Shown here: positions 49,835 to 59,140 of the stretch, piece after piece | Layout: the number at the start of each line of letters is the position of its first letter | Position numbering within the stretch: position 1 is the stretch's first letter | NCBI GenBank assembly: GCA_965237805.1 | Contig: OZ250153.1 | Coordinates: 1,344,001-1,408,000, forward strand | Origin: Gammaproteobacteria bacterium | Lineage (GTDB): Bacteria > Pseudomonadota > Gammaproteobacteria > JABABF01 | Direction of reading: 5' to 3' | DNA: 64,000 nt | Translations under genes and position numbers: made by a program | Notes under the pieces: model-generated | The model's database searches: none | The model's input: only the letters and a program-made list of their open reading frames with translations | Told to the model about the DNA's origin: nothing

Positions 49835-50557
49835 ATGGCAACAGCTGGGCAATTTGGGGTGATCATCACCGCTGTGGACGAAACGTGGTCGCTGTCTGAG
49901 ACGATCCAGCGCTTGCTGGCTGACAACGCCAGCGATATTGTCGACATAGTCGTGGCGACTGCGCCGCAAGCGACGCCGGAGTGCTTGGCCGTTGTTGCGG
50001 AGCTGGTGGCGCAGCACCCAGCCTGTGTGCGCTGGCACGAGCAGGCTCGCCTGCCGGGTGTGGGTGGCGCCATACAGGAATGCGTCGGGCTGGTGCGCGG
50101 AGATTGGGTGGTGCTGATGTCGAGTGATTTAGAAACCCCACCTGCGGTGGTGCGGGAGATGATTGCACGCGCACGGCGTGGCGATGTCGACATAGTCGCC
50201 ACCTCACGGTGGATGGACGGTGGTGGCTTCGGCGACTATTCCCGAGTTAAACTGCTATGCAATTGGCTGTTCCAAAAGTTCTTCTCGTTGCTGTACCGTA
50301 CGCAGCTCACCGATATGACTTATGGTTTTCGAGCCTATCGCACACAGCTATTGCGAGACTACCGTTGGCGCGAGACGGGGCATGCTTATTTCTTGGAAGC
50401 GTTGGTTGTGCCGCTACGCGACGAGCAGCGGGTGGTCGAGATTCCCGCTGAGTGGCAACGGCGGCGCGAGGGAACCAGTCATATCCGCTTGCGTGATTTC
50501 TTGCGTTACTTTTACATTGGCCTCTGCGTGTGGTTCAGGCCGAGAAAAAAACACTGA
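49835..50557 (+). CDS. GT2 glycosyltransferase, polyprenyl-phosphate glycosyltransferase/DPM synthase-like
   Basis: G.GGA..E.V..VRGD.V..MSSDLET.P, DIVATSRW..GG, LTDMTYGFRAY, EIP..W..R..G.S. Confidence 0.82.
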   Translation: MATAGQFGVIITAVDETWSLSETIQRLLADNASDIVDIVVATAPQATPECLAVVAELVAQHPACVRWHEQARLPGVGGAIQECVGLVRGDWVVLMSSDLETPPAVVREMIARARRGDVDIVATSRWMDGGGFGDYSRVKLLCNWLFQKFFSLLYRTQLTDMTYGFRAYRTQLLRDYRWRETGHAYFLEALVVPLRDEQRVVEIPAEWQRRREGTSHIRLRDFLRYFYIGLCVWFRPRKKH

Positions 50558-50587
50558 AAAATATATGCCTAGGAGCGAACTCTGGGC

Positions 50588-50989
50588 ACAGCGCTCGCGC
50601 GAGAGGTATTGCCAGCATATTTCCTGAGCCCGGATGTCGGGCGTTACGACGATATTTTCGCCAGCTTCATCGTCAAGCGCATAGCAGACCATTTGGGTCA
50701 TGGCATGGCCTTTGGCAAGCCCGTGGTCAGGCAGGATAGGAACGAGCACGATTTGTCCCATGATTTTGCTGAGGAACGCTTGGGCATGCGCCTGACAGAT
50801 GTGTTCATCACTGCATTAGAGCAGTCGCAACTGTGTGCGGGAAACTATGCCGATTGCGTGTTGGAGTTGGCTCCACAAGTTGAGGAGCGGTTGCGAGAGA
50901 GCCCGTTGCCTTCGGCACAGGATCGTGCGGATTTGTCGGCATTCTTCTCTGCTTATCGGCAGTGGGCACAGTTGTCATTGTGGCAGTAG
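50588..50989 (+). pseudogene. C-terminal fragment of an RGP/GT75 (UDP-arabinopyranose mutase-like) protein
   Basis: TALAREVLPAYF..GRYDDIFASFIVKRIADHLGHGMAFGKP resembles the plant RGP GRYDDMWAG...K.ICDHLG.GVKTGLP segment. An in-frame stop at 50570 lies upstream and the N-terminal half is missing. Confidence 0.65.
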
Positions 50990-51190
50990 AGGCAATGTGA
51001 TGAGCCATTGGCCGAAGCCACGGATAGCCGCTCTTTGCCCGTAGAGAATGCCAGTGCCGCTGGGTGGCAGGGTGGGGTTAATACACTGCCGTTGGTGGGG
51101 CGATGGCCACTGTTTCTTGGCAGATCTTGCTGGTTCCGGCCGGATTGGTCTTGGGTGGTTTTGCTGTGCGAGCCGTGCGCTGGTGCCTGC

Positions 51191-51219
51191 TTGCCGCTGC
51201 CAGAGGCGCCCTGTAGAAT
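51191..51219 (+). promoter_or_regulatory. Candidate promoter of GT87 copy 1
   Basis: TTGCCG-N17-TAGAAT. It lies just outside the duplicated segment, so copy 2 lacks it. Confidence 0.5.
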
Positions 51220-51280
51220 GGCAGCGGCAGCGTGATAGTTGCCCACTATGCACAGCGGTCATTGCCGAAGAGGCTCCATC

Positions 51281-52480
51281 ATGCAACGACAACTAGACGC
51301 TCCACAGCACATTGTGTTGATCACCATCGCACTGGGCTTGGGATTGGTGCTGTTAAGCCAAATGCTGGTTAATGAACCTTGGTTTCCCATTTATCGCATG
51401 CCGCTTGCCACCGACTACTTTGTCTTGTGGTCCGCCTCACAGAATTTTGTGGCAGGACATAACCTCTACCAAGATATCCTCTACGTTTTTCCGCCAATCC
51501 CAGCTATGCTCAATAGCCCGTTGCTCTATTTTTCCACAGACATGGCAGTGTTGCACTGGGCGCTGGCATGTGGCGTATTTATCTCCATCGTGCTCTCAAT
51601 GTCATTGCTGTATCACACTTTTTTTCCTGGCAATTGGCGCAGTGATGTGGCTTTCCTCGTCGTTGCCAGCAGCATCGCCGCGCTCAGCTATCCAGTGTAT
51701 TTTCTGGTCAGCCGAGTGAATATTGATGGCGGAGTATTGTTGCTGCTCTGCATCGGGCTCTATATGTTGGCAAGGCACGAGCGCATTGCCGGTGTGTTCT
51801 TTGCCTTGGCGATTGCCTGCAAGATATACCCTATACTCATCGTGTTGCCGCTAGTCGCACAACGGCGATGGCAGGCATTGGCGGCGCTGGGATTGACCAT
51901 GGCATTGCTGGTGCTAGTGGCCCCAGGGTTGTGGCTGGAATTTCTGCAGGAACGAATCTGGCACAGAGCCGCGTCGCCCGGCTTTTACTACTCCGGCAGC
52001 CTAGCAGCCAATTTTGGGCGTTTGAGCCGATTTTTGGGTGGGGAGAGCTACTTCTGGAGCCAAGTGGGCCACTTGGTCTGGCTGACGCTGCTGAGCACTT
52101 GTTGGGGATTGGATTGGGTCAGCGGGAAAAGATCTGACAGCCGCGATGCATGCGCCCAAGCCACCCTTTACCTGCCATTCATGGTGGCAGTGCCCCAAGT
52201 GGCCTACCACTACGAATTGGTTTGTGTGCTACCCATGTTGGCGATGCTTTCGTGGCGATGGCAACATAGCGCATCGCCACTGGAAACAGCATGGTTGACT
52301 ACTATTGCGCTGGGGCTAGCCATCAGTCAATTCCAAGCGCATAGCGCCGTAAGCAAAATTAGCTCGGGAATCCCCGGATTAGGGCTGTTCATTATCCTGC
52401 TTGGGGTCACCGCATACCAAGTGGTGCGGTTCAAAGCGGCGCAGCGGCAACGGCAACCCAGTGTCGCGGTCGCGCCATGA
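51281..52480 (+). CDS. GT87/DUF2029-like GT-C membrane glycosyltransferase, copy 1
   Basis: TDY.V.W.AS..F..G.NLY..YVFPP..A, R.NID, ALAIACKIYP..L.PL..RRW, YHYE, many TM helices. Confidence 0.82.
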   Translation: MQRQLDAPQHIVLITIALGLGLVLLSQMLVNEPWFPIYRMPLATDYFVLWSASQNFVAGHNLYQDILYVFPPIPAMLNSPLLYFSTDMAVLHWALACGVFISIVLSMSLLYHTFFPGNWRSDVAFLVVASSIAALSYPVYFLVSRVNIDGGVLLLLCIGLYMLARHERIAGVFFALAIACKIYPILIVLPLVAQRRWQALAALGLTMALLVLVAPGLWLEFLQERIWHRAASPGFYYSGSLAANFGRLSRFLGGESYFWSQVGHLVWLTLLSTCWGLDWVSGKRSDSRDACAQATLYLPFMVAVPQVAYHYELVCVLPMLAMLSWRWQHSASPLETAWLTTIALGLAISQFQAHSAVSKISSGIPGLGLFIILLGVTAYQVVRFKAAQRQRQPSVAVAP

Positions 52481-52618
52481 TCGATTGGGAGACACCAACG
52501 GCAATATGGCGGTGATGCCGCAATAGCCGCCACCACGCCACATCGCCATTGCCACAGTAGCACCATAATGCAGCCACATCTCGACACTCCCCAGCACATC
52601 GTGTTGACCACAATGGTG

Positions 52619-52812
52619 TGACGGTGCGGCGTGTGCTGCCCCGGTCACGCAACAGGAATACCAATCCACTGATCAGGCTGGCCAGCAGCGCCAGCAGCAA
52701 GATGACGATGGCGGGGCGTAGCCACATGGGCGGCGGGCATCGGCGGTGCGAGGGAAGCAACATATATCCACCATGGGTTTCCGAGTCTGAACGTGCCTCG
52801 AGTATCAGTACA
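52619..52812 (-). pseudogene. 5' fragment of the DUF2909 gene plus a 62-bp upstream spacer
   Basis: MWLRPAIVILLLALLASLISGLVFLLRDRGSTRRTV (ATG at 52727), then truncated. Spacer 52751-52812 matches 56431-56492 with 1 mismatch. Confidence 0.9.
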
Positions 52813-52886
52813 AGTGGCAGCGTGATAGTTGCCCACTATGATAGTTGCCCACTATGCACAGCGGTCATTGCCGAAGAGGCTCCATC

Positions 52887-54101
52887 ATGCAACGACAACT
52901 AGACGCTCCACAGCACATTGTGTTGATCACCATCGCACTGGGCTTGGGATTGGTGCTGTTAGGCCAAATGCTGGTTAATGAACCTTGGTTTCCCATTTAT
53001 CGCATGACGCTTGCCACCGACTACGATGTCTTGTGGTCCGCCTCACAGAATTTTTTGGCAGGACATAACCTCTACCAAGATATCCGCTACGTTTTTCCGC
53101 CAATCCCAGCTATGCTCAATAGCCCGTTGCTCTATTTTCCCACAGACATGGCAGTATTGCACTGGGTGCTGGCATGTGGCGTATTTATCTCCATCGTGCT
53201 CTCAATGTCATTGCTGTATCACACCTTTTTTCCTGGCAATTGGCGCAGTGATGTGGCTTTCCTCGTCGTTGCCAGCAGCATCGCCGCGCTCAGCTATCCA
53301 GTGTATTTTCTGGTCAGCCGAGTGAATATTGATGGCGGAGTATTGTTGCTGCTCTGCATCGGGCTCTATATGTTGGCAAGGCACGAGCGCATTGCCGGTG
53401 TGTTCTTTGCCTTGGCGATTGCCTGTAAGATATACCCTATACTCATCGTGTTGCCGCTAGTCGCACAACGGCGATGGCAGGCATTGGCGGTGCTGGGATT
53501 GACCATGGCATTGCTGGTGCTAGTGGCCCCAGGGTTGTGGCTGGAATTTCTGCAGGAACGAATCTGGCACAGAGCCGCGCTGCCCGGCTTTGACGGTACC
53601 ACCGGCAGCCTAAACGGCAGCCTAGCAGCCACTTTTTGGCGTTTGAGCCACTTTTTGGGTGGGGAGAGCCACTTCTGGAGCCAAGTGGGCTACTTGGTCT
53701 GGCTGACGCTGCTGAGCACTTGTTGGGGATTGGATTGGGTCAGCGGGAAAAGATCTGACAGCCGCGATGCATGCGCCCAAGCCATCCTTTACCTGCCATT
53801 CATGGTGGCAGTGCCCCAAGTGGCCTACCACTACGAATTGGTTTGTGTGCTACCCATGTTGGCGATGCTTTCGTGGCGATGGCAACATAGCGCATCGCCA
53901 CTGGAAACAGCATGGTTGACTACTATTGCGCTGGGGCTAGCCATCAGTCAATTCCAAGCGTATAGCGCCGTAAGCAAAATTAGCACGGGAATCCCCGGAT
54001 TAGGGCTGTTCATTATCATGCTTGGGGTCACCGCATACCAAGTGGTGCGGTTCAAAGCGGCGCAGCGGCAGCGGCAACCCAGTGTCGCGGTCGCGCCATG
54101 A
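52887..54101 (+). CDS. GT87/DUF2029-like GT-C membrane glycosyltransferase, copy 2
   Basis: Paralogue of 51281-52480 with about 19 amino-acid differences. Confidence 0.82.
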   Translation: MQRQLDAPQHIVLITIALGLGLVLLGQMLVNEPWFPIYRMTLATDYDVLWSASQNFLAGHNLYQDIRYVFPPIPAMLNSPLLYFPTDMAVLHWVLACGVFISIVLSMSLLYHTFFPGNWRSDVAFLVVASSIAALSYPVYFLVSRVNIDGGVLLLLCIGLYMLARHERIAGVFFALAIACKIYPILIVLPLVAQRRWQALAVLGLTMALLVLVAPGLWLEFLQERIWHRAALPGFDGTTGSLNGSLAATFWRLSHFLGGESHFWSQVGYLVWLTLLSTCWGLDWVSGKRSDSRDACAQAILYLPFMVAVPQVAYHYELVCVLPMLAMLSWRWQHSASPLETAWLTTIALGLAISQFQAYSAVSKISTGIPGLGLFIIMLGVTAYQVVRFKAAQRQRQPSVAVAP

Positions 54102-54269
54102 TCGATTGGAGACACCAACGGCAATATGGCAGTGATGCCGCAATAGCCGCCACATCGCCATTGCCACAGTAGCGCCATAATGCAGCCACATCTCGACACT
54201 CCCCAGCACATCGTGTTGACCACAATGGTGTGATGTTTGGGACTTATATACTTGTTGTCGCAACGGCAT

Positions 54270-54361
54270 CAGGGGGTATCCAGAGGGGGCTGGATGTTGC
54301 TCGAAAGCCGAAAAAAGCGTCCAGCCGCCCCCTGATTGAACTCGACCGGCTGGTGGACTGG
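54270..54361 (+). mobile_element. Probable IS5-family transposase N-terminal remnant
   Basis: PLIELDRLVDW resembles the IS5 N-terminal motif DPL..L...VDW. Confidence 0.45.
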
Positions 54362-54947
54362 GGCTGTCTGATCCACAGGTGGTCGAGGGTTGGTACGGGC
54401 AGCCTTGGGGGCACACCCCGGGCGGCGGCTGGCCGACTATGTGCGCATCCTGCACAAAGCGTGGCGGCGCGAAGGGCCGCTGCTCCACGACGGCGAGGAG
54501 CTGCAGCTGCCGTACCGGGGAGAGGGCGCCAGCGGCTAGGGCAAGCCGCTGAGAAGCATACTGCACGCCAATGCCGACATCCCGGTCTGGCTTGGCACCG
54601 GTGCCGCTGGCCATGTGCGGCTGACGGCGGAATTGGCCGACGGTTGGCTGCCATTTGGCTTTGTGCCCGGCATGATGGGGCACGAGCGGCTAAACTTCCA
54701 CAAGCAGTTGATGGCGCGGCGTGGCTATGCGCGGGAGGCTGAGCGGGTGCAGGAACTGTTTTTGGCCAGGCGGCGCGACGAGGCGGCGGCAGTGCTGGAT
54801 GAATATGTGGACGACGCGGCACTGATCGGCCCGCCAAAGCGCCTGCGCGAGCGCTTCTTGCCTTGGCTCGATTCCGGTGCTACCGGGATTACCGTGCACG
54901 GCACCGATGACCGCGCCCTGCGCCTGTTGGCGGATGTGGCGGGCTGA
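54355..54947 (+). pseudogene. LLM-class (F420-dependent-like) oxidoreductase remnant
   Basis: GLSDPQVVEGWYGQP..QLPYRGEGASG*GKPL..ELADGWLP [deletion] MG...NFH. Internal TAG at 54537 and no 5' end. Confidence 0.75.
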
Positions 54948-55807
54948 TGGTCGTGGACAGCGCAGAATACCGCTATTTGCTGGTCGATGCGCCAGCCGAG
55001 CATGTGCGGCGCATCACCTTGAACCGCCCCGAGAAGCGTAACGCGCTGAACAATGGCATGCGCGGTGAGTTGCTCGCGGCACTACAGGCGCATGACCGTG
55101 ATGCGCAGGTGCGCGTCAGCATTGTGCGTGGCGCTGGCAAGTGTTTTTGCTCAGGTTACGACTTGTCCTCGGATCTGGGTGGCGACCAGCCCTATTTCAC
55201 CGCTGGCGGCGATGGCGATTGGTCGCGCCATGTCAGCGCCGGCTGGTTCAGCATCTGGGATTTGGCCAAGCCGGTGTTCGCCGAGGTGCACGGCTACGCC
55301 TTGGCTGGCGGCAGCGAATTGGCGGCGGCCTGCGATCTGCTCTATGTCGCTGAGGATGCGCAGATCGGCTACCCGGTGGTGCGTGTGCTGAGCCCGCCGG
55401 ATTGGCAGTTCCACCCGTGGCTGATGCAGCCCCGGGCAGCGATGGAGATGATGTTGAGCGGCGATGCCATAGACGGTGTCGAAGCGGTGCGCGTCGGCTT
55501 GGCCAACCGCGCCTGGCCAGCGGCGGAGCTGTCTGAGCGAGTTGTGGAACGGGCCGTGCGGGTGGCGGGCATTGCCCCAGAGCTCAGCCAGCTGAACAAG
55601 CGCGCAGTGATTCGGGCGCTGGAGATGATGGGCGCCCGCACGGCGATGCGGGCGGGCTCCGAGCTGATGGCGTTGGCAACGCACTTGGCATCGACCCGCG
55701 CGTTGTCCGGCGATGCGCTGGGCAGTGTCAAAACAGCGCTGTCGTCAGCTGCGGTGCCTTCCGTCGACGTGGCATTGCCCCCCGATGTGGGGGAAGATAG
55801 CGGCTAA
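54947..55807 (+). CDS. Enoyl-CoA hydratase/isomerase family protein
   Basis: ITLNRPEKRNAL, FCSGYDL, KPV.A.VHGYALAGGSELA..CD, EA..VGL.N. Confidence 0.9.
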   Translation: MVVDSAEYRYLLVDAPAEHVRRITLNRPEKRNALNNGMRGELLAALQAHDRDAQVRVSIVRGAGKCFCSGYDLSSDLGGDQPYFTAGGDGDWSRHVSAGWFSIWDLAKPVFAEVHGYALAGGSELAAACDLLYVAEDAQIGYPVVRVLSPPDWQFHPWLMQPRAAMEMMLSGDAIDGVEAVRVGLANRAWPAAELSERVVERAVRVAGIAPELSQLNKRAVIRALEMMGARTAMRAGSELMALATHLASTRALSGDALGSVKTALSSAAVPSVDVALPPDVGEDSG

Positions 55808-55839
55808 CAGCGCATGGCGGCCCGGACCTGCGCGCTGCC

Positions 55840-56075
55840 GCAACATGCTGGATGGCCTCGCTCGGACTGATGCCAAAGCCCTCGAGTTCGGCGCGGGTCG
55901 ACGAGCGCCCGGTGCCCATGTCGACACGACCGTTGCTGATCAGATCCAGCACCGCCACCGATTAGGCAGTGCGCACGGGGTGGTTGTAGGGCTTGGGCAT
56001 CAGGCGCACACCGTAGCCTAATCGCAGATTCGCAGTGCGCGCGACCGGAATTTCGTAGAACAGGGCGAATTGCAT
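55840..56075 (-). pseudogene. Second LLM-class flavin monooxygenase remnant
   Basis: MQFALFYEIPVAR [deletion] TANLRLGYGVRLMPKPYNHPVRTA*SVAVLDLISNGRVDMGTGRS. Internal TAA at about 55962. Confidence 0.72.
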
Positions 56076-56107
56076 GTTGGCTTTGCCTGAAATAGTTGCG
56101 TTTTGCG

Positions 56108-56274
56108 CGGTTATTCGCCGTTATTCGCCCGCCTGCGCAGTCTTCGCCCGCAAAGGGCAGATCGTCGATGCCTCAGTGGTGTCTGCTCCCGTGCAGCGCA
56201 ACACCCGGGACGGGAACCGCCGGATCAAGCGGGGCGATGCGCCCCAAGGGTGGACGGACAGCCAGCGCCGCCAG
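56108..56274 (+). mobile_element. IS5-family transposase central remnant
   Basis: RKGQIVDASVVSAPVQRNTRDGNRRIKRGDAPQGW...RRQ matches the IS5 pattern GQIVDAS.V.AP.QRN..E....IK.G..P..W. Confidence 0.8.
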
Positions 56275-56492
56275 TACGAGGCGCACTCCCAGCGAGTTGA
56301 CGGTGCGGCGTGTGCTGCCCCGGTCACGCAACAGGAATACCAGCCCGCTGAGCAAACTGGCCAGCAGCGCCAGCAGTAAGATGACGATGGCGGGGGCGTA
56401 GCCACATGGGCGGTGGGCATCGGCGGTGCGAGGGAAGTAACATATATCCACCATGGGTTTCCGAGTCTGAACGTGCCTCGAGTATCAGTACA
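56266..56492 (-). pseudogene. Second 5' fragment of the DUF2909 gene plus the 62-bp spacer
   Basis: ATG at 56407, a 1-nt insertion (ggggg for gggg) and truncation after LVLAA. Confidence 0.9.
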
Positions 56493-57367
56493 TGTGCCGC
56501 CTTACACTCCTACTACCCCCTACATTCCTTGCCCTCCTGATGACAGGTAGTGCCCAAGCCTCCACCCCAAACTACCAAATAGACCATATCCAAGGCGATG
56601 TCTATCGCTTTGCCGCCGACCGGCATCGCTCGGTATTTTTGCTGACGCAGCAAGGCATCGTGCTGACGGATCCGATGAACACTGCCGCTGCGCAGTGGCT
56701 GCAACAGGAGTTGCGCCGTCGCTTCGATGTACCGGTGAAATATGTGATCTACAGTCACAACCACAGCGACCATGTCTACGGCGGCGAGGTCTTCAAGCAA
56801 GCGGGTGCGATCTTTGTTTCTAGCCAGCTGGCGCACGAGGATTTGCGGGTGACTCGCGCCAAAGCGGTACTACCTGATATCAGCTTTCAAGACTCCATGA
56901 GGCTCTCTCTGGGCGGCCATGATGTGCTCTTGTGCTACCACGGCCCCAACGATGGCCGCGGCTCCATCAGTATGTTTTTCGAGACGGCTAAGGTGTTGTT
57001 TGTGGTCGACTGGATTGTCTTGGGACGCATGCCGTGGCGCAAGTTGTGGAGCTATGACATCGACGGCATGATTCGCTCGACGCGGGAGGTCTTGGCGCTG
57101 GACTTTGAGGTGTTTGTCGGCGGCCACGGCGATGTGGGGGACAAGGACGATGTGCGCTCCTATCTGGGCTATCTCGAGTCGCTGTACGCCGCGGTGATCG
57201 ACGGTATCCACGCTGGCAAAAGCTTGGCGCAGCTGAAAGGGGGAATCCGCCTCGATCGCCACCGCCATTTGCGGCATTATGAGGAATGGCTGCCGCTCAA
57301 TATCGAGGGGGTCTACGAGCGCCTGCAGGAAGAGTCCGGCATGAGCTGGCGCAGTGATATCGACTAG
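56492..57367 (+). CDS. Secreted MBL-fold metallo-hydrolase
   Basis: Signal peptide, YSHNHSDHVYG, LF.VD, GGHG. Confidence 0.88.
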   Translation: MCRLTLLLPPTFLALLMTGSAQASTPNYQIDHIQGDVYRFAADRHRSVFLLTQQGIVLTDPMNTAAAQWLQQELRRRFDVPVKYVIYSHNHSDHVYGGEVFKQAGAIFVSSQLAHEDLRVTRAKAVLPDISFQDSMRLSLGGHDVLLCYHGPNDGRGSISMFFETAKVLFVVDWIVLGRMPWRKLWSYDIDGMIRSTREVLALDFEVFVGGHGDVGDKDDVRSYLGYLESLYAAVIDGIHAGKSLAQLKGGIRLDRHRHLRHYEEWLPLNIEGVYERLQEESGMSWRSDID

Positions 57368-57388
57368 GGCAGCTCAACTGTCTCAGCA

Positions 57389-57637
57389 CTATTTTCCCTG
57401 CAGCTCGCGGCTCTCCTCTCCCCGCCGCTCATCCCAAGGCGCCCGCGAACCCAGCTGTCCGGTATACAGTCCGTAGCCGATCAGCGACATCAGCATCGCC
57501 GCCAGTACGAGGCGCACTCCCAGCGAGTTGACGGTGCGGCGTGTGCTGCCCCGGTCGCGCAACAGGAATACCAATCCACTGAGCAGGCTGGCCAGCAGCG
57601 CCAGCAGCAAGATGACGATGGCGGGGCGTAGCCACAT
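57389..57637 (-). CDS. Twin transmembrane helix small protein (DUF2909), intact copy
   Basis: 82 aa with 2 TM helices, LxSGLxFLxRDxG..R.V.SL..R. Usual antisense position between coxC and surf1. Confidence 0.88.
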   Translation of the reverse strand: MWLRPAIVILLLALLASLLSGLVFLLRDRGSTRRTVNSLGVRLVLAAMLMSLIGYGLYTGQLGSRAPWDERRGEESRELQGK

Positions 57638-57795
57638 GGGCGGCGGGCATCGGCGGTGCGGCGGGGGGATGGGAGCATCTTATAGTCCCCCGCCGATGTG
57701 CGCAAATGGTGGCGGCGTGTGCGAGCGGGCAGCCATTTGGGGATGTGCCTGCAATGGCTGGGGCACAGTTGAGGCTGCCCAAGCGCTGTTCCCTT

Positions 57796-59043
57796 TCAGA
57801 TCTCCCCTGCGGCAATCTGCTCCGTCAGCCATGGCAGATTGCAGGAGATCTCATGATCGCCACGCTGGCAGTCCGTCGTCTGTGAGACCAACAGACACAA
57901 ATCCGCTTTCACCACTTCGGCATTGCGGCGCAAGGCACGCAAACTCCCAGCTGATGGTCGGCTACTCAGTGTGATCTCCACCGCCCAGCGCCGACCGTCA
58001 CAATCGATCACCAAATCGAGCTCGTCTCCGCTGCTGGTGCGAAAGAAAAAGGGATCCTCCACATCGTGTCCAGCGGCACCCAACGCGCCGAGAAGCTGCT
58101 CGATGACCAAGCCCTCCCAGCTGCTCCCCACCATCGGATGAGCCAGTAGCGTCTGATCATCATGGATGCCAAGCAGGCTGTGTAGCAATCCACTGTCGCG
58201 CCAATACACCTTGGGTCGCTTGACTAGGCGTTTCCTCAGTGGGGCAGCTAGCGGCAGCAGTCTGCGCACCAAGTGGACACCCTCCAAATAATCCAGATAG
58301 CGGTTTACCGTGTGGTAGCTAAGGCCGAAGACTCTGCCAATCTGTGAGGCATTCCACTGCTGGCCATGGTAGTCCGCCAGCAGACGCATGAAACGTCGAG
58401 TGACTGAAGGTGCTGCCTTGATGCCCAACTCCGGAAGATCCTGCTCTGCGTTTAGGCGCAGATAGTTGCGTTGCCAATCTGGGTAATCAGCTGCAGGCCG
58501 CTCCTCAAATAGCGACTGCTGTCGAGATGCCTGCACCTCTGACGGTGGCGTGTGAGCCTGCAGCAACCCACCATCTGGGAAGCCTCCCACCAACCAATGC
58601 TGTGCCAAATTTTCAGCTCTTCCCATCACCGACCCAGCACCAGTCGACAACGGCACTTCCCTCAGTAGAAAAGGAGTCAGCTCCAGCAGAGCTAAGCGGC
58701 CAGCCAGCGATTGCGAGCTCTGCATCAGCGATGGAGCGATGGAGCCCAACAACAGAAAGCGGCCATAGCGGTGCCGTTGCCGGTCTATTGCGCTGCGCAA
58801 ACGATTAAAGATCTCCGGCCAAGTCTGTGCTTCGTCGAAGATGCACAACTGCGAATCTGCACAGATATCATCCCACTCCAAGTGGACACGCCGACGGTCT
58901 GCCTCGTCCTCAAGGTCGTAGTAGCGGCCATTCAACGATTGGGCTAGTACCGTCTTGCCACACTGTCTAGGCCCCCTGAGCAATACGGCGGGATATCGCT
59001 GCAGCTGCTGGCGTAGTGTCACCGCCAATAGACGGGGATACAT
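57796..59043 (-). CDS. AAA_14 ATPase with C-terminal DUF4143
   Basis: GPRQCGKT, FDEAQ, FLLLGS, SLAGR, GGFP, KRLVKRPKVYWRDSGL, FFRTSSGDELDLV. Confidence 0.88.
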   Translation of the reverse strand: MYPRLLAVTLRQQLQRYPAVLLRGPRQCGKTVLAQSLNGRYYDLEDEADRRRVHLEWDDICADSQLCIFDEAQTWPEIFNRLRSAIDRQRHRYGRFLLLGSIAPSLMQSSQSLAGRLALLELTPFLLREVPLSTGAGSVMGRAENLAQHWLVGGFPDGGLLQAHTPPSEVQASRQQSLFEERPAADYPDWQRNYLRLNAEQDLPELGIKAAPSVTRRFMRLLADYHGQQWNASQIGRVFGLSYHTVNRYLDYLEGVHLVRRLLPLAAPLRKRLVKRPKVYWRDSGLLHSLLGIHDDQTLLAHPMVGSSWEGLVIEQLLGALGAAGHDVEDPFFFRTSSGDELDLVIDCDGRRWAVEITLSSRPSAGSLRALRRNAEVVKADLCLLVSQTTDCQRGDHEISCNLPWLTEQIAAGEI

Positions 59044-59140
59044 CTGCCTAGAGCTCATTGCAGACGGCGATGGGGGACGTACATCCATGCGGGCAGACAG
59101 CTGAAAGCACTATGGTGGAAGTATCACCCCAGTATACTGA

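Larger units (their letters stand above)
51226..54233. repeat. About 1.4-kb direct repeat (51226-52621 and 52816-54233)
   Basis: Near-identical GT87 genes and flanks. Copy 2 has a 16-bp duplication upstream and a 15-nt in-frame insertion. Confidence 0.95.

Noticed and set aside
51226-54233. Diversity-generating retroelement template/variable pair
   Set aside because: No reverse transcriptase is present, the differences are not adenine-specific, and the whole gene is duplicated.
48333-57388. Integron cassette array
   Set aside because: No intI and no attC-like palindromes seen; the recurring element is a protein-coding gene fragment.
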